Shown here: one piece after another, positions 9,604-18,939 of the stretch | Layout of the letters: every line of letters starts with the position of its first letter | How positions within the stretch are numbered: the stretch's first letter is position 1 | From: an uncultured Gammaproteobacteria bacterium | GTDB lineage: Bacteria > Pseudomonadota > Gammaproteobacteria > GCA-002705445 > GCA-002716945 | Direction: 5' to 3' | Assembly (NCBI GenBank): GCA_913048065.1 | Contig: CAJWVG010000002.1 | Location: 1-56,228 of the forward strand | DNA length: 56,228 nucleotides | The notes under the pieces: generated by a model | Database searches by the model: none | The model's input: only the letters and a program-made list of their open reading frames with translations | What the model was told of the DNA's origin: nothing | Translations under genes and position numbers: made by a program

Positions 9604-10374
9604 TTATAGTACACAGGTAGTTAATATAAAAGCAACATCTTCTTTATGGGATATTAAATTATTTTTATCATCTTTACTCATGAACATAATATTTAATCTC
9701 TGTTTGCCTACACTTATTTGCGGATAATAATATAAATCAGATGTTAGGGTTATCCTTATAAGTAAAATATTTTTTTTTGGATCTAATTTTTCTATAAAAA
9801 AACCTTTTTCAGCAAGTTTATCCTCAAATCTTCCAGATTTTCTGATAACTTCTAATATAAAGTCTACAGATTTTTTTATAAAAAGTAATGGTTCTGTCCA
9901 AAGATTAATTTGATTTTCACGCAAAACAATATCACGTGATAACCAAAACTCAACAGACGTTGGTTGCAATGGGTTTATACTATTTTTTGCTATGGTTTTA
10001 AATAATATGTCATTTTCTAAGTACTCTAGATAATTTGATTCTATGCCATGAATCAATTGTAATAGTACTTTTTGTTTTTCTAATACAGAGCTTAGTTTTT
10101 CAGAGTTAGCCTCTGGTATTTCTTTGATTTTTTTGAAATAGTGATTTTGATTTTCAATTTCTCTAATCAACTCAGATTTTATGTCACTTCTCGAAAGAAT
10201 CTCATATAACTCGCATAAAGCTAATAAGGCTATATAATTATCATGTTTATTTTCTTTATGTTTAAAATAGAAAAGCTTGTTGAACAAGAATTCTATTTTA
10301 ATGAACTTCCTTATTTTCTCTTGAACAGGCTCCTCGTAAATAGATACTTGATTATCAGATAAATTATTCATCAT
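9604..10374 (-). CDS. zapD: cell division protein ZapD (YacF)
   Basis: 'IRKFIKIEFLF' and 'LYYYPQISVGKQRLNIMF' align with E. coli ZapD 'MRTWLRIEFL' and 'LYPQISGHKSRFAIRF'. It lies directly downstream of coaE with an 11-nt overlap, as in E. coli. Confidence 0.85.
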   Translation of the reverse strand: MMNNLSDNQVSIYEEPVQEKIRKFIKIEFLFNKLFYFKHKENKHDNYIALLALCELYEILSRSDIKSELIREIENQNHYFKKIKEIPEANSEKLSSVLEKQKVLLQLIHGIESNYLEYLENDILFKTIAKNSINPLQPTSVEFWLSRDIVLRENQINLWTEPLLFIKKSVDFILEVIRKSGRFEDKLAEKGFFIEKLDPKKNILLIRITLTSDLYYYPQISVGKQRLNIMFMSKDDKNNLISHKEDVAFILTTCVL

Positions 10375-10948
10375 TTAATGTCTTATAAAGATTATTAAAT
10401 CTCTCTTTTAGATTATCTATAGTATCATTATTAGTTATTATATAGTCAGCATTATTTATGTAAAATTCTCTACTTTTTTGATACTCACTCATTCTTGTAA
10501 AAAATTCTAGTTCATTACCCTTCTTATCTAAATATCTCTTCATTCTTATACTCTGATCTGCATCTATGACGATTGTGATGAAGGATTTTTTTATATTCGG
10601 AAGAGTTTCTATCAATGGAATTTCAACTACTATTTTGTTCTTCTTATGATTATCTAGAATCTCATTAAGAGTATTATAAAATATTGGATGTACAATATTA
10701 TTAATAATATCTTTATTCTTTTTAGATTCACATATTATATTTTTTATGTCTGATGTGGATGGTTCTATCGTATCTGATGAATGATTGTTAAAAATCTCAT
10801 TAATTTTATTTTTTATTACTTTATTTCCTTTTATAAGTTTTTTAGCTAAGCTATCAGAATCAATGAGCTCATATCCTTTATGATGGAATAATTGACTTAT
10901 TGTTGTTTTACCCGAGCCTATTTGTCCAGATATTATAATTAGTTGCAT
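10364..10948 (-). CDS. coaE: dephospho-CoA kinase
   Basis: P-loop 'ISGQIGSGKTT'. 194 aa. coaE-zapD synteny. Confidence 0.9.
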   Translation of the reverse strand: MQLIIISGQIGSGKTTISQLFHHKGYELIDSDSLAKKLIKGNKVIKNKINEIFNNHSSDTIEPSTSDIKNIICESKKNKDIINNIVHPIFYNTLNEILDNHKKNKIVVEIPLIETLPNIKKSFITIVIDADQSIRMKRYLDKKGNELEFFTRMSEYQKSREFYINNADYIITNNDTIDNLKERFNNLYKTLNDE

Positions 10949-11038
10949 AGCGCTATCGTAGGAATATAGTTAGAAGTATCCCCAAAGTCATTATTATTGA
11001 TAATGTTAAAAGCAATGGAAATCTATTCATTCATAATC

Positions 11039-11236
11039 TCATTTATAGTTTTTACAATCTTTATAATTGATATTCTTGTTTAAACAATACTCTTCAGGAG
11101 CCACATAAGCTTTACAAAATCTGCAGTATTCAATGCTCTTTTTGGTCTTTATCTTTCTTCCTGCCTTTTTTTTAAATAGTGATTTAACTATTAAATATAC
11201 TAAAAAGATTACTAAAAGTATTATTATTATACGCAT
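11039..11236 (-). CDS. small membrane-anchored Cys-rich protein (possibly PP0621-like family)
   Basis: 65 aa: an N-terminal TM helix 'MRIIIILLVIFLVYLIV', a basic stretch, then 'CRFC...C...C'. This architecture recalls small proteins found upstream of coaE or pil genes in pseudomonads. The family call is from memory only. Confidence 0.45.
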   Translation of the reverse strand: MRIIIILLVIFLVYLIVKSLFKKKAGRKIKTKKSIEYCRFCKAYVAPEEYCLNKNINYKDCKNYK

Positions 11237-11335
11237 ATTTTAATTTTGAATGGTATCATTATATCATTAAGATTATAATATATATTCTAGGTTGAAATAA
11301 GACCTGAAAACTATTTTATCTGGGATTGATTTATT

Positions 11336-12079
11336 ATGGATAATAAGAAAGTTATATCATACATAGTTAAATGGATTAAAGATTATGTGCATAACAGTTC
11401 TTCGAATATTGATAGTCTTGTAGTAGGAGTTTCTGGTGGAATTGATTCAGCATTGACAAGCACGCTCTGCGCTATGACCGGTATAAATACAATTTTAGTC
11501 AAAATACCTATTAAATCAAATGATATTGGTTTAAGTAGATTGCACTGCGAGGCGTTGAAATCTCAATATGAGAATGTGAAAATATTTGAGATTTGTTTAT
11601 CAGATATTTTTGATAGCTATAAGAATAAATGTTTGCAATATGATTTAAGCGATGATTTGGGATTTGCAAATTCTAAATCACGCATGAGAATGATGTTACT
11701 TTATCAATTTGCCTCAAAATATTCAGGGATAGTTGTTGGTACAGGAAATAAAGTTGAAGATTTTGGCGTAGGGTTTTACACCAAGTATGGAGATGGAGGT
11801 GTTGATATTTCTCCCATTGCAGATCTAAAAAAATCACAAGTTAAATCTTTAGCAAAAGAATTAAATATCATAGAACCAATCCTTAATGCAGCCCCATCTG
11901 ATGGACTTTGGGAAGATGACCGAACTGATGAACAGCAACTAGGGTTATCATATGAAGAAATAGAAGAGGCAATGGAAAATATCCAGAGTGTTAATAGAGA
12001 TAAATATGAAAAGATTAGAAAAAAAAATCTACATAAGATGGAGCCTATCCCGGTCTGTTTTATAAAAGATAAATCTTAG
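11336..12079 (+). CDS. nadE: NH3-dependent NAD+ synthetase
   Basis: PP-loop 'VVGVSGGIDSALT' and 'GTGNKVEDFGVGFYTKYGDGG'. Confidence 0.9.
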   Translation: MDNKKVISYIVKWIKDYVHNSSSNIDSLVVGVSGGIDSALTSTLCAMTGINTILVKIPIKSNDIGLSRLHCEALKSQYENVKIFEICLSDIFDSYKNKCLQYDLSDDLGFANSKSRMRMMLLYQFASKYSGIVVGTGNKVEDFGVGFYTKYGDGGVDISPIADLKKSQVKSLAKELNIIEPILNAAPSDGLWEDDRTDEQQLGLSYEEIEEAMENIQSVNRDKYEKIRKKNLHKMEPIPVCFIKDKS

Positions 12080-12957
12080 AAGTAATTAAATATATTTAAA
12101 TATTCATACCAAGATTTTGAGTTCTCCTCAGGCGGAATTTTTCGAGTTTCTTTTACTTCCTCAATATCTTGAGTTAGGATTACGTTTTTTTCAAGATATG
12201 TCAATTTATAGCCTGGAAAATTTTTTTGGAAAACTCTTGCTGTATCATATGCCAAATCATACATTTTCAATTTGTTATAACTATCCGTTAGCAATAATAA
12301 AGCCTCTTTTGTACTAGGGGTGCCGCTATAATTTTTAATCATATATTTAATTCTTTCAACCACAGCTACATGTGCATATCTTTTACTATAATATTTTGCT
12401 ATATATAATTCATTTTTTGCCATCATATTTTTCAAGTATATTAATCTATTAATAGAATCTTTTGCATATTTACTTTTAGGAAATTTGTTAGCCACTATTG
12501 TAAAATCATCAAATGATTTTTTTAGTTTAGTTACATCATACTTAGATGGATCTTGTCCAAGTAATTTTGTAAAATAATTAGAATCTTTATCAAAATTAGC
12601 TAAAGCTCTTAAATAATATGCATAAGAAACATTGGGATGGTTGGGATATAATCGTATGAATCTATCTGAGTTAATTATTGATTCATCTCTTAAATCTGAC
12701 TGATATGATGCATATGCAATATCTAACATAGCTTGTGTTGAATACACTCCAAATGGATATCTTGCTTCTAAAATATCAAAATATTTTATTGCATTTGGAT
12801 AATCTTCAGCATCAAGGAATTCTTTACCTTGACCATATAGTGAAGCAGCAGACAAGCCTAATGTCGGGTCAGGCTCCTTTAGGAACTCTGAGAAGTAACT
12901 GCAACTTGATAATAAAGCCGTAATCGTTAGGTTTATCAGGAGTATTTTTGCTTTCAT
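12076..12957 (-). CDS. bamD: outer membrane protein assembly factor BamD
   Basis: Lipobox 'LLSSC' and TPR-like repeats. Divergent from rluD-pgeF, as with E. coli bamD/rluD/yfiH. Confidence 0.85.
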   Translation of the reverse strand: MKAKILLINLTITALLSSCSYFSEFLKEPDPTLGLSAASLYGQGKEFLDAEDYPNAIKYFDILEARYPFGVYSTQAMLDIAYASYQSDLRDESIINSDRFIRLYPNHPNVSYAYYLRALANFDKDSNYFTKLLGQDPSKYDVTKLKKSFDDFTIVANKFPKSKYAKDSINRLIYLKNMMAKNELYIAKYYSKRYAHVAVVERIKYMIKNYSGTPSTKEALLLLTDSYNKLKMYDLAYDTARVFQKNFPGYKLTYLEKNVILTQDIEEVKETRKIPPEENSKSWYEYLNIFNYF

Positions 12958-12992
12958 TTTGCTATTATAGATTAGTTATATGAGAAAACACC

Positions 12993-13949
12993 ATGAAAAA
13001 TGTAACTTTTTACAAATTTGATGTTGAACCAGAAAAGGGGATGAGACTAGATCAGTTGATAGCTTTGCAGCTACCTGAATATTCTAGATCCAGGATTAAA
13101 AACTGGATGAATGCTGAAAAAGTATTAATTAATGGAAAAACATGTTCACCTAAAGATAAAATTTCGTCTAGATCCATGATTGAGATAGCAATTCACCCTC
13201 TGGAAGAAGTTGATATAGTTGCAGAAAATATACCTATAGATGTGATATATGAAGATGAAGATTTTTTGGTTGTTAATAAAATTTCTGGCATGGTTACGCA
13301 TACGGCTGCTGGTAATTACTCAGGTACACTACAAAATGCATTATTATACAAATATCCTGAGCTTAGAAATATCCCTAGGGCTGGAATAATACATAGATTA
13401 GATAAACAGACATCAGGATTATTAGTAATAACTAGAAACCTAATGTCTCATAATAGTCTTTCAAAACAGATACAATCTAGAAAAATGATAAAAAAATATA
13501 ATGTATTAGTTTCTGGAATTATTAACCATATTGATATAATTAGGGAAAAAATCGGTAGACATAAAGTTAATAGAAAGAAAATGGCTATCAGAGATAACGG
13601 CAAAGAATCTATATCAAAAATTAAAATTATCAAAAGATATGAAAATGCATCTAGCTTAGAGGTTGACCTCGTTACTGGCCGCACACACCAAATAAGAGTC
13701 CATCTTGCTTATATTGGACATCCAGTAATTGGCGATAAGTTATATGGTTTCAAGAGATCTATTTATAATCGTAATTCTAAACTTAAACACACCTTAGACT
13801 CATACACTGGACAAACATTACATGCAAAGTTTTTAAAATTCAAACACCCTTCATCTAATAAGGAATTTTCTATTGATTGTTTGCCTCCTGAGGACTTTAT
13901 TAAAATTGAATCATTGATAGATATTGATAGCTATGCCAATACAAATTAA
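12993..13949 (+). CDS. rluD: 23S rRNA pseudouridine synthase RluD
   Basis: N-terminal S4 domain, 'HRLDKQTSGLLV', 'GRTHQIRVHL'. Confidence 0.92.
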   Translation: MKNVTFYKFDVEPEKGMRLDQLIALQLPEYSRSRIKNWMNAEKVLINGKTCSPKDKISSRSMIEIAIHPLEEVDIVAENIPIDVIYEDEDFLVVNKISGMVTHTAAGNYSGTLQNALLYKYPELRNIPRAGIIHRLDKQTSGLLVITRNLMSHNSLSKQIQSRKMIKKYNVLVSGIINHIDIIREKIGRHKVNRKKMAIRDNGKESISKIKIIKRYENASSLEVDLVTGRTHQIRVHLAYIGHPVIGDKLYGFKRSIYNRNSKLKHTLDSYTGQTLHAKFLKFKHPSSNKEFSIDCLPPEDFIKIESLIDIDSYANTN

Positions 13950-14658
13950 AAAAGTTAATTGGGAATGCCCAGATAATATTAAAGCATTTCATACAACAAG
14001 AATTGGAGGATCTAGTAAAGGACTTTTTAAGTACTCTAATCTAAGTTTTGATGTAGGTGATGGTCAAACTAATGTTAAAAAAAATCGAAAAGAATTAAGA
14101 CAACTCCTTAAATTAGACGTAGACCCATGCTGGATGAAACAAATTCATAGTTCATATGTAAAGAAAGTTGTTAGTTCTGTTAATGATATAGTTTGCGATG
14201 CATCATATACTCAGACTAAAGGACTTGCTTGCGCAGTTCTTTCTGCAGACTGCTTGCCTATTCTAATATGTGATAAGTTAGGAACAAAAGTTGGAGTTAT
14301 ACATGTGGGATGGCGTGGACTACATAATGGAATCATAAAAAAATTCATTAATAAGTTTTCTAAGTCACCAAAAGATATAATATGTTGGATAGGACCATCG
14401 ATTAGCCCAGTCAATTATGTTGTTAGAGAAGATGTTTATAAAAAACTTTCCAAAATAACTCCAAAAATGTTTAATCAATTAGATGATGAACATTGGAATC
14501 TTGATTTAAGATTTGGAGCGAAGATAGTCTTAAAAAGTCTAGGCATAAAAAAAATATATTCTGATGATATGTGTACTTTTCAAAACTCAAATCTTTATTA
14601 CTCATATAGACGTGAAAATAATACTGGTAGAATTGCTTCACTAATATGGATAGAATAA
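13933..14658 (+). CDS. pgeF: YfiH/PgeF family peptidoglycan editing factor (laccase-domain protein)
   Basis: 'IHVGWRG' and 'CTF...YYSYRRE' DUF152 signatures. Follows rluD. ATG 13933 is preferred over the ORF-track TTG at 13924. Confidence 0.88.
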   Translation: MPIQIKKVNWECPDNIKAFHTTRIGGSSKGLFKYSNLSFDVGDGQTNVKKNRKELRQLLKLDVDPCWMKQIHSSYVKKVVSSVNDIVCDASYTQTKGLACAVLSADCLPILICDKLGTKVGVIHVGWRGLHNGIIKKFINKFSKSPKDIICWIGPSISPVNYVVREDVYKKLSKITPKMFNQLDDEHWNLDLRFGAKIVLKSLGIKKIYSDDMCTFQNSNLYYSYRRENNTGRIASLIWIE

Positions 14659-14661
14659 AGC

Positions 14662-15576
14662 ATGCTAGATAAGCTCATTAATTATGTAAAATCCCTAGGG
14701 CCTTTTAATATATTTTTAGCCATTTTTATTTTAGGGCTTCTATATGGCGGAGTTACTTTGTATATGAAGTATCTAGGTTTTTCTAAATTCATGAATCGTA
14801 CGCAAATAATATCTGTTAAGGCAGTTCCTATTAAAATAGATACTGCTCAATATACTTATAGAGCTTTATCAGTTATAGAGTCTCGTGAATCAATTAATAT
14901 AACTTCGAAAGTGAACGGACTAGTTGATTATATTCATTCAAAAGAAGGTAGTAATGTTGATGAAGGGGAATTATTATTTTCTATTATTTCTTCTGATAAT
15001 GTTGGGCTAACAAAAATATATGCACCATTCGCTGGCTCTATCGGGCTAAGTAAAAAGAATTTAGGAGACACAGTAATTAAGGGAGAACTGCTTAGCTCAT
15101 TAGATGATTACTCTTATATGAAATTACCTTTAGATTTGCCAGAAAGGCTCTTGCCATATTTGTCTTTAAAGCTTAAATTCAATGCAATGTCAGATAGTCT
15201 CCCTAATGAGAAGTACAAAGGTACAATTGAGTTTGTAGATACCCGTATAGACACTCAAACAAGAACAATTAGCGCTTACGCTTTGATTGATAATAGAAAC
15301 TTGTTATTGAAACCAGGCCTTCTGATGAAAGTAGATATAAATCTTGAAGAAAAAATAGATTCCATATTAATCCCTGAAGAAGCTTTGTTGAGCATAAATA
15401 AAAAACATTTTGTTTACGTTGTGCAAAATGATACAGCTAAACTACAATTAGTCAAAATTGGGATTAGAGACAATGCATTTGTAGAAATTGAATCTGGTCT
15501 CAAGAGTTCGGATAAAGTTATTTATATGGGCCAAGAAAAACTCAAAAATGGGTCTAAAATTAAAATATTAGAGTAA
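14662..15576 (+). CDS. RND efflux periplasmic adaptor (MFP), short hairpin-less form
   Basis: N-terminal TM anchor. Lipoyl half-motifs 'ITSKVNGLVDYIHSKEGSNVDEGELLFSI' and 'IYAPFAGSIGLSKKNLGDTVIKGELL'. Beta-barrel tail. Lies 3 nt upstream of the RND permease. Confidence 0.85.
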   Translation: MLDKLINYVKSLGPFNIFLAIFILGLLYGGVTLYMKYLGFSKFMNRTQIISVKAVPIKIDTAQYTYRALSVIESRESINITSKVNGLVDYIHSKEGSNVDEGELLFSIISSDNVGLTKIYAPFAGSIGLSKKNLGDTVIKGELLSSLDDYSYMKLPLDLPERLLPYLSLKLKFNAMSDSLPNEKYKGTIEFVDTRIDTQTRTISAYALIDNRNLLLKPGLLMKVDINLEEKIDSILIPEEALLSINKKHFVYVVQNDTAKLQLVKIGIRDNAFVEIESGLKSSDKVIYMGQEKLKNGSKIKILE

Positions 15577-15579
15577 TCA

Positions 15580-18500
15580 ATGCACATATCCGAAACAACA
15601 GTTAGAAGGCCAGTTCTGGCGACAGTAATTAGCATGTTTTTAGTTTTAATTGGCTTGGTTTCTTATGACAAGCTCACAATTAGAGAATATCCTGATATTG
15701 ATAAACCTGTTGTTACAGTTACTACTATATATAGAGGCGCTTCTGCAGAGATAGTGGAAAGAGATATAACGCAAATACTAGAAGACTCTCTGGCCGGGAT
15801 ATCAAATATAAAAGAAATTAAATCTGAAAGTAGAGATGAATTATCTAGTATAAGGATAGAGTTTACACTTTCAAGAGATATGGAGTCAGCAGCTAATGAT
15901 GTACGCGAAAAGGTAGCTAGAGCATCACCTTTGTTGCCAAAAGATTCCGATCAACCAAGAGTTGCAAAATCTGACACTGATGCTAGGGCAATACTATGGA
16001 TAGGTTTTACAAGTGATCAACTAGACAGTATAGAGCTAAATGATTATTTAGATAGGAATATAATTGATAGATTATCGATTCTTCCTGGAGTCGCATCAAT
16101 TACAGTAGGCGGTGAGAGAAAATATGCAATCAGAATATGGTTGGATCCTGACCAGATGTCATCTAGAAAAATTACTGTTGAAGATGTCTTAAATGCAATT
16201 AATAGAGAGAACATTGAAAAGCCTGCTGGAAGACTAGATTCTAAAGAGAGAGAAATTGGCATACAGGTAAAATCTAAATTATCTGATATCAAAATGTTTG
16301 ATAATATAGTGATTAAAAAATATGATAATAAAAAGATTAGATTAGCAGATATTGCTGAAATTAAAATAGGACCAGAAAGTGATCGTGGATTTTTAAGAGC
16401 AAATAATAAAAATGCTATTGGCCTAGGAGTCGTGAGACAAACAAAATCAAATGTCTTGAAAGTAGCATCAGCGGTAAAAAATGAACTAGAACTAATAAGA
16501 CCATCTTTGCCTGAGAATATAGAAATGTCTGTTGGTTATGACCAGTCTATTTTTGTTGAACAATCAATCTCAGAAGTAAGATTTGCTTTATTTATTTCCA
16601 TGATTATGGTTATTTTGGTGATTTATTTTTTTCTTGGATCAACAGCTGCCACTTTCATACCTGCTATTACAATACCTGTATCATTAATTTCTACGTTTTA
16701 TATTATTTATGCATTGGGATATTCCTTGAATGTTTTGACTTTTTTAGCTTTAGTTCTTGCAATAGGCTTAATAGTCGATGATTCAATCGTGGTTTTAGAG
16801 AATATTAAAAGACGCATTGAAAATGGAGAGAAAGCTTTTGAAGCATCAATTGCTGGAGCCAAACAAATTACTTTTGTGGTTATAGCAACTACTTTAGTTC
16901 TTGTAAGTGTATTTTTACCTCTATCATTTATGGATGGTAAAACTGGGAGATTATTTATTGAATTCGGAGTAGTTTTATCCTTTGCTGTAATATTCTCAAG
17001 CATAGTAGCTTTGACCTTAACGCCAATGTTGTGTTCTAAGTTAATTAAACCCAACGTCTCTAACCTGCAAGAACCAAAGCTAGTAACTAAATTTAGAAAA
17101 TTTTATCGAGAATCTTTGACTGTCTCACAAAATAATCCTAAAAAAGTTTACTATTTTTCAATATTTATGATAGTTGTTGCAATATTCTTATTTCAAGTTG
17201 TACAAAAAGAATTAGCTCCTACCGAAGATAGGGGAATTTTTATTATTTCTGTTAGTGGTCCTGAAGGCTCTAGTTTAAGTTATACTGACTCTATCGTAAG
17301 AGAAGTTGAATCTACCTTAAAGCCTTACATCAAAACTAATGAAATAGATACAGTATTTTCAATAGTTGCTCCTGGATTTTCAGGTAAACCAGGAAAAGTT
17401 AATTCTGCTTTTATTTTTGCAACCTTGACGGACTGGGACATTAGGAGACATCAAAAGCTCATTGTTCGTGAAATATTTCCAAAACTATTATCTATACCTG
17501 GCGCTAGGATTTTTGCAATTAATCCACCAAGTCTAGGTGGAAGTAGGTTTAAACCTCCAGTGCAACTAGTGGTCAGTGGAAATAATTATGATGAAATTAA
17601 TGAGTGGGGAAATATTCTGATTAGTGAGTCATCTCAGCTTAAATTAAGAAACTCAACAATTGATTATAAGATAACAAATCCTAGACTTAATTTACAAATA
17701 AATAGAGATAAAGCATATGAGCTTGGTGTCTCTGCAGAATCAGTCACGCGAACTATTGAAACTTTACTTGCCTCAAATAAAGTAACTACTTTTTCAAAAG
17801 ATGGTCTGACATATAATGTAATTTTGCAAGCAGATGAGTCATATCGTGTTAATCCTAATAATTTAGATAATATATTTATAAAATCAGATCGGTTGTCTTT
17901 AATTCCTTTATCAAATTTAGTTACCTATAAAGAAACATCAACCAGTGAAAATTTACAAAGAATTAATCGCATGCCCTCTACTATTTTTTCAGCTTCATTG
18001 GCTCCAGGTTATCCATTAGGTGATGCATTAAATGATTTAATTAAGCTTAGTATAAATACTTTACCCGCTAACGCTAAAATATCATTTAGCGGTAGTTCAA
18101 AAGAATATTTTGAGTCAGGTAACAGTCTAGGAATAACTATTTTGTTTGCAATTCTAGTAGTCTATTTAGTGCTTGCAGCACAATTTGAAAGTTTCAGAAA
18201 CCCATTAACAATAATTTTAACGGTTCCAATTGCTTTAACAGCGGGTTTATATACTTTGTTTTTAACAGGAGCAACCATAAATGTATATAGCCAAATTGGT
18301 TTTTTAATGCTGATCGGTCTTATTGCTAAAAATGGGATATTGGTGGTTGAATTTGCGAATCAATTAAGAAATGAGGGTAAATCTATTGACGATGCTATTT
18401 TTGAATCTTCAATGATTAGATTAAGGCCTGTTTTAATGACTACCATATCTACTCTTTTGGGAGCAATTCCGCTAGTTTTGAGTAGCGGTGCAGGGGCAGA

Positions 18501-18612
18501 AAGTAGATATGCCATGGCTATTGTGGTTCTTGGTGGAATCGCTTTGTCATCTTTGATAACTCTATATTTGATACCAGCATTATACAAGTTTATCGAAAAT
18601 GAAAAGGTATAG
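15580..18612 (+). CDS. RND efflux permease (AcrB/AcrD/AcrF family)
   Basis: 1010 aa. 'VDDSIVVLENI' and 'AKNGILVVEFAN' TM4/TM10-type motifs. Two large periplasmic loops. Confidence 0.95.
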   Translation: MHISETTVRRPVLATVISMFLVLIGLVSYDKLTIREYPDIDKPVVTVTTIYRGASAEIVERDITQILEDSLAGISNIKEIKSESRDELSSIRIEFTLSRDMESAANDVREKVARASPLLPKDSDQPRVAKSDTDARAILWIGFTSDQLDSIELNDYLDRNIIDRLSILPGVASITVGGERKYAIRIWLDPDQMSSRKITVEDVLNAINRENIEKPAGRLDSKEREIGIQVKSKLSDIKMFDNIVIKKYDNKKIRLADIAEIKIGPESDRGFLRANNKNAIGLGVVRQTKSNVLKVASAVKNELELIRPSLPENIEMSVGYDQSIFVEQSISEVRFALFISMIMVILVIYFFLGSTAATFIPAITIPVSLISTFYIIYALGYSLNVLTFLALVLAIGLIVDDSIVVLENIKRRIENGEKAFEASIAGAKQITFVVIATTLVLVSVFLPLSFMDGKTGRLFIEFGVVLSFAVIFSSIVALTLTPMLCSKLIKPNVSNLQEPKLVTKFRKFYRESLTVSQNNPKKVYYFSIFMIVVAIFLFQVVQKELAPTEDRGIFIISVSGPEGSSLSYTDSIVREVESTLKPYIKTNEIDTVFSIVAPGFSGKPGKVNSAFIFATLTDWDIRRHQKLIVREIFPKLLSIPGARIFAINPPSLGGSRFKPPVQLVVSGNNYDEINEWGNILISESSQLKLRNSTIDYKITNPRLNLQINRDKAYELGVSAESVTRTIETLLASNKVTTFSKDGLTYNVILQADESYRVNPNNLDNIFIKSDRLSLIPLSNLVTYKETSTSENLQRINRMPSTIFSASLAPGYPLGDALNDLIKLSINTLPANAKISFSGSSKEYFESGNSLGITILFAILVVYLVLAAQFESFRNPLTIILTVPIALTAGLYTLFLTGATINVYSQIGFLMLIGLIAKNGILVVEFANQLRNEGKSIDDAIFESSMIRLRPVLMTTISTLLGAIPLVLSSGAGAESRYAMAIVVLGGIALSSLITLYLIPALYKFIENEKV

Positions 18613-18939
18613 TTATTTTTCTGGTAAAACTTTTAAGCCATCTTGTTGAGAATAGTAATCGGATAAATCTTCTATATCCTGATCTGACAAACCTGCTGCA
18701 AAGCCACTCATTATTGCATTTTTCCTTGAGCCAGATTTATATGCATGTAGGGCTGTGCTTAAATAATCTTTATATTGCCCAGCTAGCTTAGGATACATCG
18801 TTATTTCTGAATTACCATTAATACCATGACATGAAGCACAAACCTGAGACTTCGCTTCACCAGCTTTATAATCCGCTAAAGCCATACCAGATATGAGTGA
18901 CATTATAACAAGTAATGTAATTTGTAGAATATCTTTCAT
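18613..18939 (-). CDS. monohaem c-type cytochrome (c4-like domain)
   Basis: Signal peptide, 'CASCH', 'YPKLAGQ', 'LSDQDIEDLSDYY'. Confidence 0.85.
   Translation of the reverse strand: MKDILQITLLVIMSLISGMALADYKAGEAKSQVCASCHGINGNSEITMYPKLAGQYKDYLSTALHAYKSGSRKNAIMSGFAAGLSDQDIEDLSDYYSQQDGLKVLPEK

Noticed and set aside
16707-17054. 115-aa minus-strand ORF inside the RND permease. Similar antisense ORFs occur at 740-928, 2874-3071, 6515-6709, 7142-7402, 7783-8142, 12117-12317, 12735-12923, 13448-13684, 14211-14414, 16044-16292, 18360-18587, 19410-19619, 21132-21353, 22245-22493, 24072-24299, 24951-25178, 25479-25775, 28165-28449, 32520-32747, 34833-35131, 36354-37520, 37991-38275, 44018-44305, 45990-46277, 46977-47180, 50420-51720, 52330-52644 and 55256-55501.
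   Set aside because: All lie within, and antisense to or out of frame with, genes that have clear family motifs. None shows motifs of its own.
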